A stretch of 59,337 bases of DNA, filler included. It is 6 parts of 6 records of this genome, joined end to end, with 100 filler letters (N's around TTAATTAATTAA, not from the genome) between each part and the next. Parts side by side here need not be neighbours in the genome. Positions count along the whole stretch, not along the records: positions 11,626 to 24,259 come from SRR2962707_4553; positions 24,360 to 30,713 come from SRR2962707_4557; 4 more parts are not named here. The stretch is one strand, 5' to 3'. Positions 18,381-30,276 of this stretch are shown here, piece after piece. Each line of letters starts with the position of its first letter. Position 1 is the stretch's first letter. Made by a program: the position numbers and the translations under genes. Under the pieces are notes generated by a model. It did not search any database. It was not told the origin of the DNA and saw nothing but the letters and a program-made list of their open reading frames with translations.

Positions 18381-19454
18381 TTAGTTCGGGATGTCGCCTG
18401 TGATGCCTTCAACGTAGAAGTTCATGCCAGCAAGCGTGCCGTCATCAGCTGTTTCGCCATCGGCCAGGAAATCAGACCCGTCCTGCTTTTTCAGCGGGCC
18501 TGTGAACGGGTGGTAGGACCCGTCTGCGATGGACGCTTTCAGTGCCAATGCTTCGGCTTTCACATCAGCAGGTACCGCATCTGTGATGTCGCCGATGCCA
18601 ACCATGCCAGCGCCGATACCGTCCCATGTGTCTGTCGACGTCCATGTACCATCCATCACGGCTTTGGTGCGCGCGACATAGTAAGGTGCCCAATCGTCAA
18701 TGATCGAAGACACGCGCGGCATGGGCGCGTATTGTGCCATGTCGGATGCCTGACCGAATGTGATCACGTTGCCTGCTTCTTGGGCTGCTGCCTGTGGCGC
18801 GGTGGAATCTGTGTGCTGCAGTACAACGTCAGCACCTTGTTCGATCAGAACCTTGGCCGCGTCTGCTTCTTTTGCCGGATCGAACCATGTGTAAGCCCAA
18901 ACGATTTTGAATTCGACGTCAGGGTTGACCTTTTTGGCGTGGATATAGGCAGAGTTGATGCCGCGAATAACTTCGGGGATCGGGAAGGATCCGATGTAGC
19001 CGATGATGTTCGACTTGGTCATCTTGCCCGCGATGTGGCCCTGAATGGCACGGCCTTCGTAGAAACGTGCGGAATATGTGGAAACGTTATCGGCGCGCTT
19101 GTAACCGGTTGCGTGCTCGAATTTCACGTTCGGGAATTTGGCCGCAACGTTGATCGTCGGGTCCATATAGCCAAAGGATGTGGTGAAAATCAGGTCGGCA
19201 CCGTCAAGCGCCATCTGCGTCATTACGCGTTCGGAATCGGGGCCCTCGGCCACGTTTTCAACAAACACTGTTTCGACCTTGTCACCGAATTCGGCTTCAA
19301 CGGCCAAACGGCCTTGGTTATGTTCGTATGTCCAGCCGCCGTCGCCCACTGGGCCCACGAAGACAAAGCCGACTTTGGTCTTGTCGTCGGCATAAGCGCC
19401 GCCCGCAAGACCGATCGCCAGCGCAGCGCTGGCGAGGAGTGTTGATAGTTTCAT
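18381..19454 (-). CDS. BMP family ABC substrate-binding protein (purine/xanthine)
   Basis: Signal peptide, VGPVGDGGWTYEH, FTTSFGYMD, FEHATGYK, QHTDS; downstream of xdh genes. Confidence 0.9.
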   Translation of the reverse strand: MKLSTLLASAALAIGLAGGAYADDKTKVGFVFVGPVGDGGWTYEHNQGRLAVEAEFGDKVETVFVENVAEGPDSERVMTQMALDGADLIFTTSFGYMDPTINVAAKFPNVKFEHATGYKRADNVSTYSARFYEGRAIQGHIAGKMTKSNIIGYIGSFPIPEVIRGINSAYIHAKKVNPDVEFKIVWAYTWFDPAKEADAAKVLIEQGADVVLQHTDSTAPQAAAQEAGNVITFGQASDMAQYAPMPRVSSIIDDWAPYYVARTKAVMDGTWTSTDTWDGIGAGMVGIGDITDAVPADVKAEALALKASIADGSYHPFTGPLKKQDGSDFLADGETADDGTLAGMNFYVEGITGDIPN

Positions 19455-19510
19455 AACATATTCCCCTGAGTATTCTGCCCTTTTACAGGGCATTTTGATG
19501 TGTGACCCCG

Positions 19511-20431
19511 TTAGGACGAGGCATGGAAAGTGCGGCCAAGCGATGCCGGAGCACTGCTTTTATCCGCGGAAAGAACCACCAGCACAAGGATCGTGATGAT
19601 ATAGGGCGACATTGCCAGATACTCGACCGGAATGGCAACGCCTGCACCTTGCAGATTTAGCTGCAACTGCGTGATTCCGCCAAATAAATAGGCACCCAGC
19701 AACAGGCGCCATGGTTTCCAACTGGCAAACACGACCAAGGCCAGCGCGATCCAGCCCACCCCGGCGGTCATGCCTTCGGTCCATTGGGGCACGCGGATCA
19801 GGCTGATATAGGCACCGCCCAATCCCGCGCAGGCACCGCCAAACATGATCGCCAAGGTTCTGATGCGCACGACCTTATAACCAAGCGCATGCGCGGCATC
19901 GTGGCTTTCGCCGACCGCCCGCAGGATCAGACCGGCGCGGGTGAATTTCAACATCGCCCAAATGGCGACGACCAAGGCGAAACCCAGATACAGTATAATA
20001 TCATGCGAGAACAAAACCGGCCCCAGAACCGGGATGTCATGCAAGGGACCAAAGTTAACTTCTGCCAGACGTGGCGGTTTGATCCCGACATAGCTTTGGC
20101 CTAGCAACGCGGAAAACCCTAGCCCGAACAGCGTCAGCGCCAGCCCCGATGCCACCTGATTGGCCAGGGTGATCTGGGTCAGAAACGCAAACAACAGGCT
20201 AAGAAGCGCGCCACCCACGGCCGCGGCGGCAAACCCCAGCAGGGGCGATCCGGTTTCCACAGCCGTGGCAAAACCGCAAATGGCCCCCATGATCATCATG
20301 CCCTCGACGCCCAGATTAAGGACACCTGATTTCTCGACGACCAGTTCCCCCAAAGCGGCGAAAATCAGCGGGGTCGCGGCGACCAGAAAACCTGCAACGA
20401 ACAGAACGGGATTGATAGCTGACAGATCCAT
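19511..20431 (-). CDS. Nucleoside/purine ABC transporter permease
   Basis: EKSGVLNLGVEGMM, GWIALALVVF. Confidence 0.9.
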   Translation of the reverse strand: MDLSAINPVLFVAGFLVAATPLIFAALGELVVEKSGVLNLGVEGMMIMGAICGFATAVETGSPLLGFAAAAVGGALLSLLFAFLTQITLANQVASGLALTLFGLGFSALLGQSYVGIKPPRLAEVNFGPLHDIPVLGPVLFSHDIILYLGFALVVAIWAMLKFTRAGLILRAVGESHDAAHALGYKVVRIRTLAIMFGGACAGLGGAYISLIRVPQWTEGMTAGVGWIALALVVFASWKPWRLLLGAYLFGGITQLQLNLQGAGVAIPVEYLAMSPYIITILVLVVLSADKSSAPASLGRTFHASS

Positions 20432-21513
20432 TACGCGACCTCCGCCCGGCCCATACGTAGCCGGTAATTGGTGAAAAGATCAAAGGCGAGCAGGAAAAAC
20501 AACAGCATCCCCTGAAACACCTGAATGGCAGCGGCTGGCAGGCCTAGCTGGCTTTGCGCAATGTCGCCACCGATATAGGTCAACGCCATCAACCCGCCCG
20601 CCAGCAAAATGCCAAACGGGTGCAACCGACCCAAAAACGCAACGATGATCGCGGTGAACCCATAGCCCACGTTGAAATCAATGGTGACCTGACCGGAGGG
20701 GCCTGCGACCTCGAACATACCGGCAAGGCCCGCAAGCAGACCGGACATGCCCATGCAAAACAACACCAACCGCGTCGGGTTCACGCCCGAAAACTTGGCC
20801 GCGCGCGGGGCCTCGCCGGTGACGCGAATGGCAAAGCCAAGCCGATGCCGCGCCAGCAACACATAGGCAAAAATCACCGCGATCAAGGCCGCGACCACAC
20901 CCCAATGCATGCCCGACCCCGCGATCAGCTCCGCATTATGGGCCGATCCGTATTGCTGTAGATTGCGACTGCCGGGAAACCCAAACCCTTCGGGGTTCTT
21001 CAAAAGCCCAAGCGCCATAGACGCCAGAAACTGTTCAGCCACATAGACCAGCATCAAAGACACCAAAATCTCGTTGGTGCCGAACTTGACCTTCAAAAGC
21101 GCCGGGATCATGGCCCAGATCCAGCCGCCCAACGCGCCCGCCAAAATCATGAACGGAAAAATAAGAACGCTTTCGGTCGGATAGAACGCCAACCCGGCCG
21201 CCGCACCGAAAATGGCACCCATGATATACTGACCTTCTGCGCCAATATTCCAGATGCCCGCCTTGAAGCCCAAGGACAAACCGATCGCAATCAACACCAA
21301 TGGTGCCCCTTTGATTAACAACTGGGGCCGGTAGTAAAACGCAAAATCACCAAACAGGGGCTGCCAGAAAATCGTTGTGATCGACGCCAACGGGTCTTTG
21401 CCCAACGCTGCGAACAATAGCCCGCCAAAAAACATCGTCGCCAAAACGGCCAAAACGGGCGCTGCCCATGAAAACGCCTGACTTGCCTGCGGCCGCTTTT
21501 CCAATCTGATCAC
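20431..21513 (-). CDS. Nucleoside/purine ABC transporter permease
   Basis: WNIGAEGQ, NEILVSLML, GYGFTAIIVAFLGRLHP; GTG start. Confidence 0.9.
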   Translation of the reverse strand: MIRLEKRPQASQAFSWAAPVLAVLATMFFGGLLFAALGKDPLASITTIFWQPLFGDFAFYYRPQLLIKGAPLVLIAIGLSLGFKAGIWNIGAEGQYIMGAIFGAAAGLAFYPTESVLIFPFMILAGALGGWIWAMIPALLKVKFGTNEILVSLMLVYVAEQFLASMALGLLKNPEGFGFPGSRNLQQYGSAHNAELIAGSGMHWGVVAALIAVIFAYVLLARHRLGFAIRVTGEAPRAAKFSGVNPTRLVLFCMGMSGLLAGLAGMFEVAGPSGQVTIDFNVGYGFTAIIVAFLGRLHPFGILLAGGLMALTYIGGDIAQSQLGLPAAAIQVFQGMLLFFLLAFDLFTNYRLRMGRAEVA

Positions 21514-21520
21514 GGGGCTG

Positions 21521-21577
21521 CCCCTTCTCTGGCTTTGAAATATCCCACGGGGGCGTGGGGGTGTGAAACCCCCACAT
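21521..21577. repeat. REP-like intergenic palindrome
   Basis: CCCTTCTCTGGCTTTGAAATATCCCACGGGG followed by a GTGGGGG-N7-CCCCCAC hairpin inside the operon; resembles short intergenic repeats I recall from Rhodobacteraceae; single copy here. Confidence 0.5.
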
Positions 21578-21585
21578 GCATCATA

Positions 21586-23106
21586 TCAAACATGTGCGAC
21601 CTCCATCCCATGGGCACCGCCCATCATCAACCCGATCTCGTCCACCGTCAGACCCTGCGCGGGGCGCGGCTCTGACAGGCGGCCTTCGTTCAAGGCGGCA
21701 AACCGGTCCGAGATTTCCATCAACTCGTCCAGATCCTGACTGATCACAATGACGGCGGCACCATTTTCGGCCAGATCCAGCAACGCCTGCCGGATCGATG
21801 CCGCTGCCGACGCATCAACACCCCATGTGGGCTGGTTCACGACCAACACTTCGGGCCGCTGCAATACCTCGCGCCCGATGACGAATTTTTGCAGGTTCCC
21901 GCCTGATAATGAACGCGCTGCGTTACCGGGGCCGGGGGTCCGCACATCAAATTCCTTGATAATCCGTTCTGCAAACCGCGTCGCTGCAGGCCAGTTCAGC
22001 ATGCCGCGACGCTCCAGCTTCTCGCGCACGGCCCCTGTCAGCATCGCGTTCTCTGTCAGCGTCATATCGGGGGCGGCAGCGTGACCCAGCCGTTCTTCGG
22101 GGGCGGCAAGAATACCAAGACCGCGCCGTGCGATAGGGCCAAGCTGGCCAATGTCATCGCCCTTGAAAAAGACCATACCCGGATGAGACAGATTTTCGCC
22201 GGACAGCGCGGCCAGCAATTCGTCCTGGCCGTTGCCCGCAACACCGCCGATGCCCAATACCTCTCCGGCGCGGACCTGAACCGAAATGTCGCGCAGGGGC
22301 ATCCCAAAGGCGGATGGCGACTTTGCATTCAACCCCTGCAAATCCAGCAACACATCCCCCGGCGTCTTGCCCGTACGCAACGGCGTTTTCAGGATGCTGC
22401 CCACCATCATTTCGGCCATGTCACGTGCGGATGTTTCCGATGGCGTGCAATGGCCGACCACCTTGCCCAGCCGCAAAATCGTGGCGCTGTCGCACAGGCT
22501 TCGGATCTCTTCGAGCTTGTGCGAGATATATAAAATCGCGGTCCCCTCGGCGCTAAGCTTGCGCAGGGTTTTGAACAGAATTTCGACTTCTTGCGGGGTC
22601 AGAACGGATGTGGGTTCGTCCATGATCAACAGCTTGGGGTCTTGCAAAAGGCAGCGGATAATCTCGACCCGCTGACGTTCGCCAGCAGAAAGATCGCCGA
22701 CAATGCGGTCGGGGGATAATGGCAGGCCATAGGCTTCGGACACGTCGCGGATTTGCTTGCTCAGGGTACCCAGCTTGGGTGCGTCCTCCATCCCGAGCGC
22801 GATGTTTTCCGCAACACTTAGCGCATCAAACAGCGAAAAATGTTGAAAGACCATGCCAACACCGGCTGCCCGTGCGGCGCGTGGTTCATTGGGGTGGAAT
22901 GGGGCACCGTGCATCTGCATCGTACCGCTGTCAGGCTTGACCAGACCATAGATCATTTTGACCAGCGTCGATTTTCCGGCCCCGTTTTCCCCCAGCAGCG
23001 CATGAACTTCGCCGGGGGCGATTGTCAGCGACACGTCATCGTTGGCAACCACACCGGGATAGGCCTTGGTTAGGCCGGAAAGCGCAAGAAGGGGGGGGGT
23101 GTTCAT
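21586..23106 (-). CDS. ABC transporter ATP-binding protein (tandem NBD, CUT2 type)
   Basis: GENGAGKST, LIMDEPT, LSGGNLQK, QPTWGVD. Confidence 0.93.
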   Translation of the reverse strand: MNTPPLLALSGLTKAYPGVVANDDVSLTIAPGEVHALLGENGAGKSTLVKMIYGLVKPDSGTMQMHGAPFHPNEPRAARAAGVGMVFQHFSLFDALSVAENIALGMEDAPKLGTLSKQIRDVSEAYGLPLSPDRIVGDLSAGERQRVEIIRCLLQDPKLLIMDEPTSVLTPQEVEILFKTLRKLSAEGTAILYISHKLEEIRSLCDSATILRLGKVVGHCTPSETSARDMAEMMVGSILKTPLRTGKTPGDVLLDLQGLNAKSPSAFGMPLRDISVQVRAGEVLGIGGVAGNGQDELLAALSGENLSHPGMVFFKGDDIGQLGPIARRGLGILAAPEERLGHAAAPDMTLTENAMLTGAVREKLERRGMLNWPAATRFAERIIKEFDVRTPGPGNAARSLSGGNLQKFVIGREVLQRPEVLVVNQPTWGVDASAAASIRQALLDLAENGAAVIVISQDLDELMEISDRFAALNEGRLSEPRPAQGLTVDEIGLMMGGAHGMEVAHV

Positions 23107-23867
23107 AGAAATTCCTTGGTTTTCACTTGGTCAAGAAGCCTGCTCAGGCACCCGTTTGCAATAGCGTCAGGGGTTTTGCCAAGGGATTTATCACCGATGG
23201 GGCAGATGATTGGCGCAGGATCAAGGCCCGCGGAACGCAGCCTTTTGCGAAAACGGGCCCATTTCGTGTCTGACCCGATCAAGCCGATGCTTGCGGCGGT
23301 CCGGTCCAGCAAAGCCGCGCACAGCGCCAGATCGATGTCATGGGAATAGGTAAAGATCAGATGGTGGGCGGACAGCGGGGCATGTTTTGCAATGCGCGGC
23401 ATATCGGCGGCAGGCAGCACGGTGACATCAGGGGAAATATCAGCGGGAAATCGGTCAAATTCCGCATCGATCCATGTGATGTTGAACGCGTCTTTCGGGC
23501 TGTTGCGTACAACCGCACGCCCGACATGACCCGCCCCCCACAGCCACAGATCAAGCGGCGCGTGGTTTGAGGTGTTCAGCTTTGGCAGCATCACCGCGGG
23601 GTCGGTGTCGCGCCTGCTATCGGTGAAATTCAATGTGACAGACCCGCCGCAGCATTGCCCAAGGCTTGGGCCCAGCGGGATTTTGAGCGTATGCGCCTTG
23701 CGCCCTTGATCAAGCATTTCGCGGGCCGCCAGAATGGCCTGATGTTCCAGTGCGCCGCCGCCGATGGTGCCTGTGATGTCTTTGGCCGTCACCTTCATCG
23801 CGGTGCCTGCATCGCGCGGGGTCGAGCCGCGCGTCGCGGTGATTTCTATGTATATTGCGTCGCTCAT
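23103..23867 (-). CDS. xdhC: Xanthine dehydrogenase accessory protein XdhC
   Basis: RGSTPRDAG, GTIGGGALE, LGPSLGQCCGG, GAGHVG, GLIGS, CPIG. Confidence 0.92.
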   Translation of the reverse strand: MSDAIYIEITATRGSTPRDAGTAMKVTAKDITGTIGGGALEHQAILAAREMLDQGRKAHTLKIPLGPSLGQCCGGSVTLNFTDSRRDTDPAVMLPKLNTSNHAPLDLWLWGAGHVGRAVVRNSPKDAFNITWIDAEFDRFPADISPDVTVLPAADMPRIAKHAPLSAHHLIFTYSHDIDLALCAALLDRTAASIGLIGSDTKWARFRKRLRSAGLDPAPIICPIGDKSLGKTPDAIANGCLSRLLDQVKTKEFL

Positions 23868-24259
23868 GCGCGGGCCTTGAGGGTGGCAGTCAGCACTGCC
23901 TCGGCGGTCGCTGGTGTTTGTAAATCAGCGTAACTCGCCCCACAGGCGCGAACCGCATCCGAGAGCGCCATAAACGCGGATATGCCCAGCATCAGGGGCG
24001 GCTCGCCCACGGCTTTGGATCGATAAACCGTCTGCGCCGGGTTCGGTTGACCCCACAGGGCGACGTTAAAGATGTCGGGCCGGTCGGAAATAGCGGGTAT
24101 CTTATAGGTCGAGGGCGCGTGGGTTTTTAGGGCGCCCTGATCATCCCAAACCAGTTCTTCGGTGGTCAGCCATCCGGCACCTTGGACATAGCCACCTTCG
24201 ATCTGTCCGATATCAAGCGCGGGGTTCAAGGATGCGCCAGCGTCATGCAGAATATCGGC
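23864..24259 (-). CDS. xdhB: Xanthine dehydrogenase molybdopterin subunit XdhB (C-terminal part)
   Basis: LNPALDIGQIEGG, PSTYKIP, SKAVGEPP catalytic Glu motif. Confidence 0.92.
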   Translation of the reverse strand, partial: ADILHDAGASLNPALDIGQIEGGYVQGAGWLTTEELVWDDQGALKTHAPSTYKIPAISDRPDIFNVALWGQPNPAQTVYRSKAVGEPPLMLGISAFMALSDAVRACGASYADLQTPATAEAVLTATLKARA

Positions 24260-24359
24260 NNNNNNNNNNNNNNNNNNNNNNNNNNNNNNNNNNNNNNNNN
24301 NNNTTAATTAATTAANNNNNNNNNNNNNNNNNNNNNNNNNNNNNNNNNNNNNNNNNNNN
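24260..24359. other. Artificial contig spacer
   Basis: N44-TTAATTAATTAA-N44. Confidence 0.99.
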
Positions 24360-24650
24360 TCACTCACGAACTCACTCACGAACTCCCTCGCGAACTCAGT
24401 TGCGAACTCAGTTGCGAAGGGGTCCTACACTCACTCCCGAACTCACGAACTCACTCGCGAAGAGCTCCCGAACTCACTCACTCTCCCGAGCTAATTCCTA
24501 AATCCTCGAACTCTCACCCACTCACTTCGTGACCTCACGAACTCACGGACGCTCGCGCACTCGCTCACTCACGAACTCGCGAACTTACGCACGGACTGCC
24601 CTCACAAACCGGCGAACCCACTCAACGTCTCACACGCTCACTCACACGTG
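24360..24650 (+). repeat. Degenerate (ACTC)n/CGAACTCA simple repeat
   Basis: Recurring CTCA and CGAACTC units with roughly 4-nt periodicity at the start of the eukaryotic contig. Confidence 0.85.
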
Positions 24651-24963
24651 AAAGAAACCACTTTGTGCGCGGTCTTTGCGCTTGACACCTGTCTGTCTTC
24701 TCCCCCTCTCCGTCTTTTCTTCTGGCTTTTCTTGGCGCTTGCTCTTTTTGTTGTGCGTGTTCTCGTTCGCCTGTCTGTGCGTGTGCGCGTGTGCGCGTGT
24801 GTGCGTGTGTGCGTGTTGGGAGGGATGTGTGACGTGTCCGCTTTAATTCACGCGTCTGATTAATTTGACTCCGCGAACCTACGTGCCGGCCACAGACACA
24901 ATGCCCTGCGACGGGTGAGGAGAAGAAGCAAGAGAAAAGTGCAAGCTGCTGTTGCTGACTTAA

Positions 24964-25960
<997 letters not shown>

Positions 25961-26136
25961 CTCTGGTGGTTCCTCTCCCTGGCAACTGCAGGACTACGAG
26001 AGCCTAGTCCGCTCGAGCATGCATCATTTTTCAAAAATAAAAATAATAATAATATGAAACTAAGAAATGAAGTCCGTGTCACACACGCACATGGTGCCCA
26101 CGTCAAGGTTTGGGTGTTGGGCATCCCCATCCGCGT

Positions 26137-29100
26137 TCACTCATCTGAGTCAGACCAAGAACCCGAGTCATCGTCGGAATCCGACTCGTCGTCGTTAGCA
26201 AGTTGATCACGCATGTGGCGCAGCTCCGACTGCATGGAACGGATCCCATTCTTCTGGGTCTGCTGCAAGGGCTTTTTGGAAACTGCGTGACGTTTTGAAC
26301 CCTTTTTAAGCGCAGTTTTGTTGAAACCCCGAATCTGATCCTGCAGCGATATTTTTTTGGGCTTGGGTTTTTGGACGACCGGCTGCAAGCAATGCATCGG
26401 CAATCGAACAGAAATTGTGAGCAAGAAAGCAACTGCATCGCAGGCCCGCAGCACAGCACAGCAGCTTCACGATACGGGACAAACATACCTTGCGTCGAAT
26501 CCTTTTGCCACCGAGTCCAATGCCACCACCGCCACCTGCTTGCGCAGTTGGGACATGTACGGCTGCAGGAGGTGGCGGTGGAGGCGCTGGCGGGCCTCCT
26601 CCGGCTGGTGGAGGTGGCGGAGGTGGGGCCCCGGTCCCACCAGCTGGTTTCGCGAGCGTTGCAGGCATCGTCATTGGAGGCGGCGGAGGTATTCCAGCAT
26701 TGCCGCTTGAAGCTGGGCCGCTGCTGCCAAACGAGCTGCTGGCTGGGGTTGTGTGTTGCATTTGCTGTTGTTGCTGCATTTTCTGCCACTGCTGAAATTG
26801 TGCGAGCTGCTCCGCGCTGATATTGAGTTGCTGCTGCACGCCATGCGATTGAGGCGCTGGAGTGCTTTGGATTTGAGGAAGACTGACTCCCTGCGAAAGC
26901 GAGGAACTTTGCTTCACAAGATTTCGGGCGGACCCGTGAGGGCTGCGCAAACTTGAAGAATGTACCAGGCTGTGATCGCTGTGATGCAAGCTGGAAGAAC
27001 TGCCGTTTGCAGCCGTGCCTGGACCGCCATCACTATCATCATCAATACCCATATCTCCGCCTACCATGGAAAATTGGTGCAAACATGAAGCAAATATGAA
27101 GAAAAAATGAAGTTCTTCGCTGCCGACGCATTCGCAGCACAACATTCAGATAACACATCCGCAATACTGACCAAAGGCGTCCGGATCATCTGGGTGATCC
27201 ATCATAATTGGATTGTCCATGCTAATATTGTTCATTCCCATCCCATGGCCTGGTCCAGCTGACCCTGGCTGCATCACAGGTGAAAAGTCCATTGCCGCCA
27301 TCGGCGTCATTCCCATCATGTCCGCCAAATCTTCGATGCTGTCATCATCATCGTCATCGTTGCTGTTGTACTCCTCTACGTTGGTGACGCCCGCGATGGA
27401 GTTCAGAGCGTCGTCGGTGGTTTCTGTGCCCGCCAACCCTTGCGAGGCGCCTGAACCCATTAGTGCACGCGACGAATTCGAGTTCATCATGTTGCGACTT
27501 CCGTGAGGACTCAGCGTTCGCATCGTGTTGCGACTGCCATGAGGGGTTAGTGTCCGGTCTTGGTGGAACGAGCTCGCAGATGTCAGGCTGTGGAAGCTTT
27601 GAGTTGCCGGAGGAATAGTGGCACCTCCAGCAGCCACGGCAGCCTTTAATATTAGCGACCGGCATTTTCCCCAGAGCGGAGAACATATCAAGCACGTCAT
27701 CATAATGCAACCGGCATTTCCCCAGAGCGGAAAACAACGGAAACAGGGTGAACAGCACGACAAACAAGCGCGTAAGCCCAGAGCGTATACACAAGCCAGG
27801 CAACCAAATGTTTGACGCTTCCCCGCTCAAAGGCTGAATTAACACCGAATCACGTCACTCAAATATTAAACAGACCTCGGTCTCGTTGATCCCTCGAAAC
27901 TGCGGAATGCGAAAGCGTCCAGACTGTCGAATGCGTGAGGCGGCGGCATTGCGAACGCGCGGCGATAAGCGTGGCACGGAACGATGCGTGGATCCCGGAG
28001 CAAAGTGTCCTGCTTCGAAGTCGAAGCCTAGCCCTCCTGCAGAAGTTCGGAGATCCGCAAGAGTATTTCTTTCCGCCGAGGAAAGTCGCGAAAGGTTCTG
28101 CCGGCTTTGATTCAAGAAGCCCCGCGCGCGGAAAGGCTGCCAAGACGCATCCCTTGCCCCACGAAGCTCGAAAGGGTCCTCCGCGTTGTCGCTATTGCTA
28201 TTTGGGTCAGCAGAGCTTGTAACCTGAGTTAAGGGGTGAACATGTGGGTGCGGGACCATCACGGGTTTCAGTGCAAGGTCCACTTACACACGGTTTCACC
28301 ACATTGTTGGACTTACCGACGCCAACTTCATTCCAAATAGAGAAGCGATAGACAGCGACAAAAACGAAAATGCAAAAAAAACTTGGCCTTGCTGAAACCC
28401 AATCCAACTCCGACGTGCGCTGTTCGTTTTGATGCAGCAGTGTTCTGCAACCTCCACTTCAAACCCAAGCTCCAGCAACGGGTGTTCTGTTTCTGCGTCA
28501 GTTGAGAAGTCATCATTTCCATTGTCTTTCCGCAGGACGCGGTAACATCGCAAGAACGGAGCGTCGCCTAACTCAGCAATCGTGAAGCACACGATAATGC
28601 CTTCGATTGGCCCCTCCCACTGCGTTTGCTCGCCTCCCTCAAAGTTCGACACGTACACACGGCCCAATTGGACCATCAAGACCTTGAAACTAAAGTCACC
28701 ACTGAACCTGGTTACGACGAAAAGACAAAGTCATAACCGTGGCGTGAATTCGGGAAGCACTCAGCACAATAGAGTAGGAAAAGCTTACTCCTTTTCCATG
28801 TGTGCTTCGACTAGCTTTCGGAAGCCTTGTTGGGGCACACCAGGGCGAGTCTGTTGGTGTTTGTGCTCGTGGCGATGCCCCATTCCAGCTGCGTGTCCAC
28901 CGAACACCCCTCCGTGGCCAACACCACGGCGCTGAGAGCGGCGTTGCTGTTGTGACGCTTCAAAACGTCCCCCAAAGGAGAGGCGGCTCGCTCGAGGATT
29001 GTGTTTGCGAGTGGGTACGGGAAATCCGCCAGGACTTGCAGTTCGTGGGGCGCCTGGCCCATACCGACCTGAATAGTTCAGCCTTGGTTTTGACGGCACC

Positions 29101-30276
29101 AGAGCTGCCCAAAGTTCTTCCCTCGCTTTCGCGGTTCTCGCTGTTTGCAGGACCGCCGCAACAGGTGGGGCGCGATTGCGTTGATGGGCACGGTGGTGGT
29201 GGTCTTGGCCTTCGCCGTCCGACGCTGCAGAGCTGTTGTGAGAAGGCGGCTGAGCACGAGGTCTGTCAGCCGCGTCTTCTTCGTCGGCTAGATTAAACTT
29301 GACATGCTTGCGTGACCGTGTCTTCGAAAGCGGCGGATACTGTGAATCCTCAACGTTGGCCAACTCAATTTCAAGCTCGCGCCCTGCGGGACTAGTCAGA
29401 TCGTCTTTGTCGCCCGCATCATGGTGAGTTGAGGAAGTTGCCTGTTGCGGTTGCTCAATGGGTGCCGCGTCAATACTGCTGGTGGACTGATTGATGAACG
29501 AGGTGATCACATTGAACCTGGGCCATAGCGTGGACAAATTGAACATTACAATGTTGTGTGATGTTTCAACCGCGCAACACGGAACAGTGTTGAGCCAAAA
29601 CACACAAGCAACCAACCAATAGTTCCAGCAAGTACAGTCGTGCGCACAAATGAACGCACCACGCGCGAGACTTTTGCGACGACTGCGCCGTGCAGAGAAT
29701 TGCCTGGCCGTCGGACTGCACCACGAATTTCTTGTCATTCTCACCATTGATCGAAACAGCCGTCGAACTGTTCACCGGAATGCTGTCCAACTCCTCCAAG
29801 GCTCCAAGCTTGGCAAAAAACCGGAGCACGCCAGCACTGCCCGCCTTCGATTGTGCCCGCTGCTGCTGCTGCTGCTGGAGTTCAACGCGAGCAAACGCTT
29901 TCTGCTTCTTGCCTCCTGCCCCTGGGCGCTCTACAATGAGCCAGCCGCACTTGGAGCCCGCCAGCCTGTTTCGAAAGTTGCGCGTTTTCGCGGAAAAGTC
30001 GGCCTTCCGGTATGAGTCCTGCCAGGTGGGCGATTCGCGGAGCAAGTTGAAGAAGGCTTCGAAGGTGAGGTACCCGCCGCGGCTCAGCACCCCTCTGCGA
30101 GCCAGGTTCTTCTTGAAAAAGTCCGTAAGCTCGCGCACGTTCGTCTCGCTTGTGCCGACGGATTGCACGAGCTCCTCCGCTGCGTCGCGAGCCTGCGTCT
30201 TCGTGAGTTCGAAGAGGTCCAGCAGGTCGTGCGCGAGGAAGAACTCTTGCGCTTCGCGGGACTCGCTGGCGCCCAT
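26137..30276 (-). CDS. Putative WASP/SCAR-like actin nucleation-promoting factor, about 1124 aa, 7 exons
   Basis: Hand-spliced exons 30276-29660, 29517-28789, 28707-28317, 28223-27876, 27643-27172, 27060-26489, 26382-26137, all GT-AG and phase-consistent (3375 nt); MGASES start, PH domain, polyPro, WH2 (LQDQIRGFNKTALKK), acidic Trp tail. Confidence 0.75.

Noticed and set aside
18510-19445. Long antisense ORFs opposite the BMP gene (also opposite soxD, plcP and aapJ)
   Set aside because: Shadow ORFs caused by codon bias in GC-rich genes; no recognisable motifs
24360-24650. Telomere or CRISPR array
   Set aside because: Units are degenerate 4-12-mers with no fixed repeat-spacer structure and no invariant telomeric unit
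27658-27736. Mini CRISPR array
   Set aside because: Only two imperfect copies, inside a eukaryotic intron, with no cas genes
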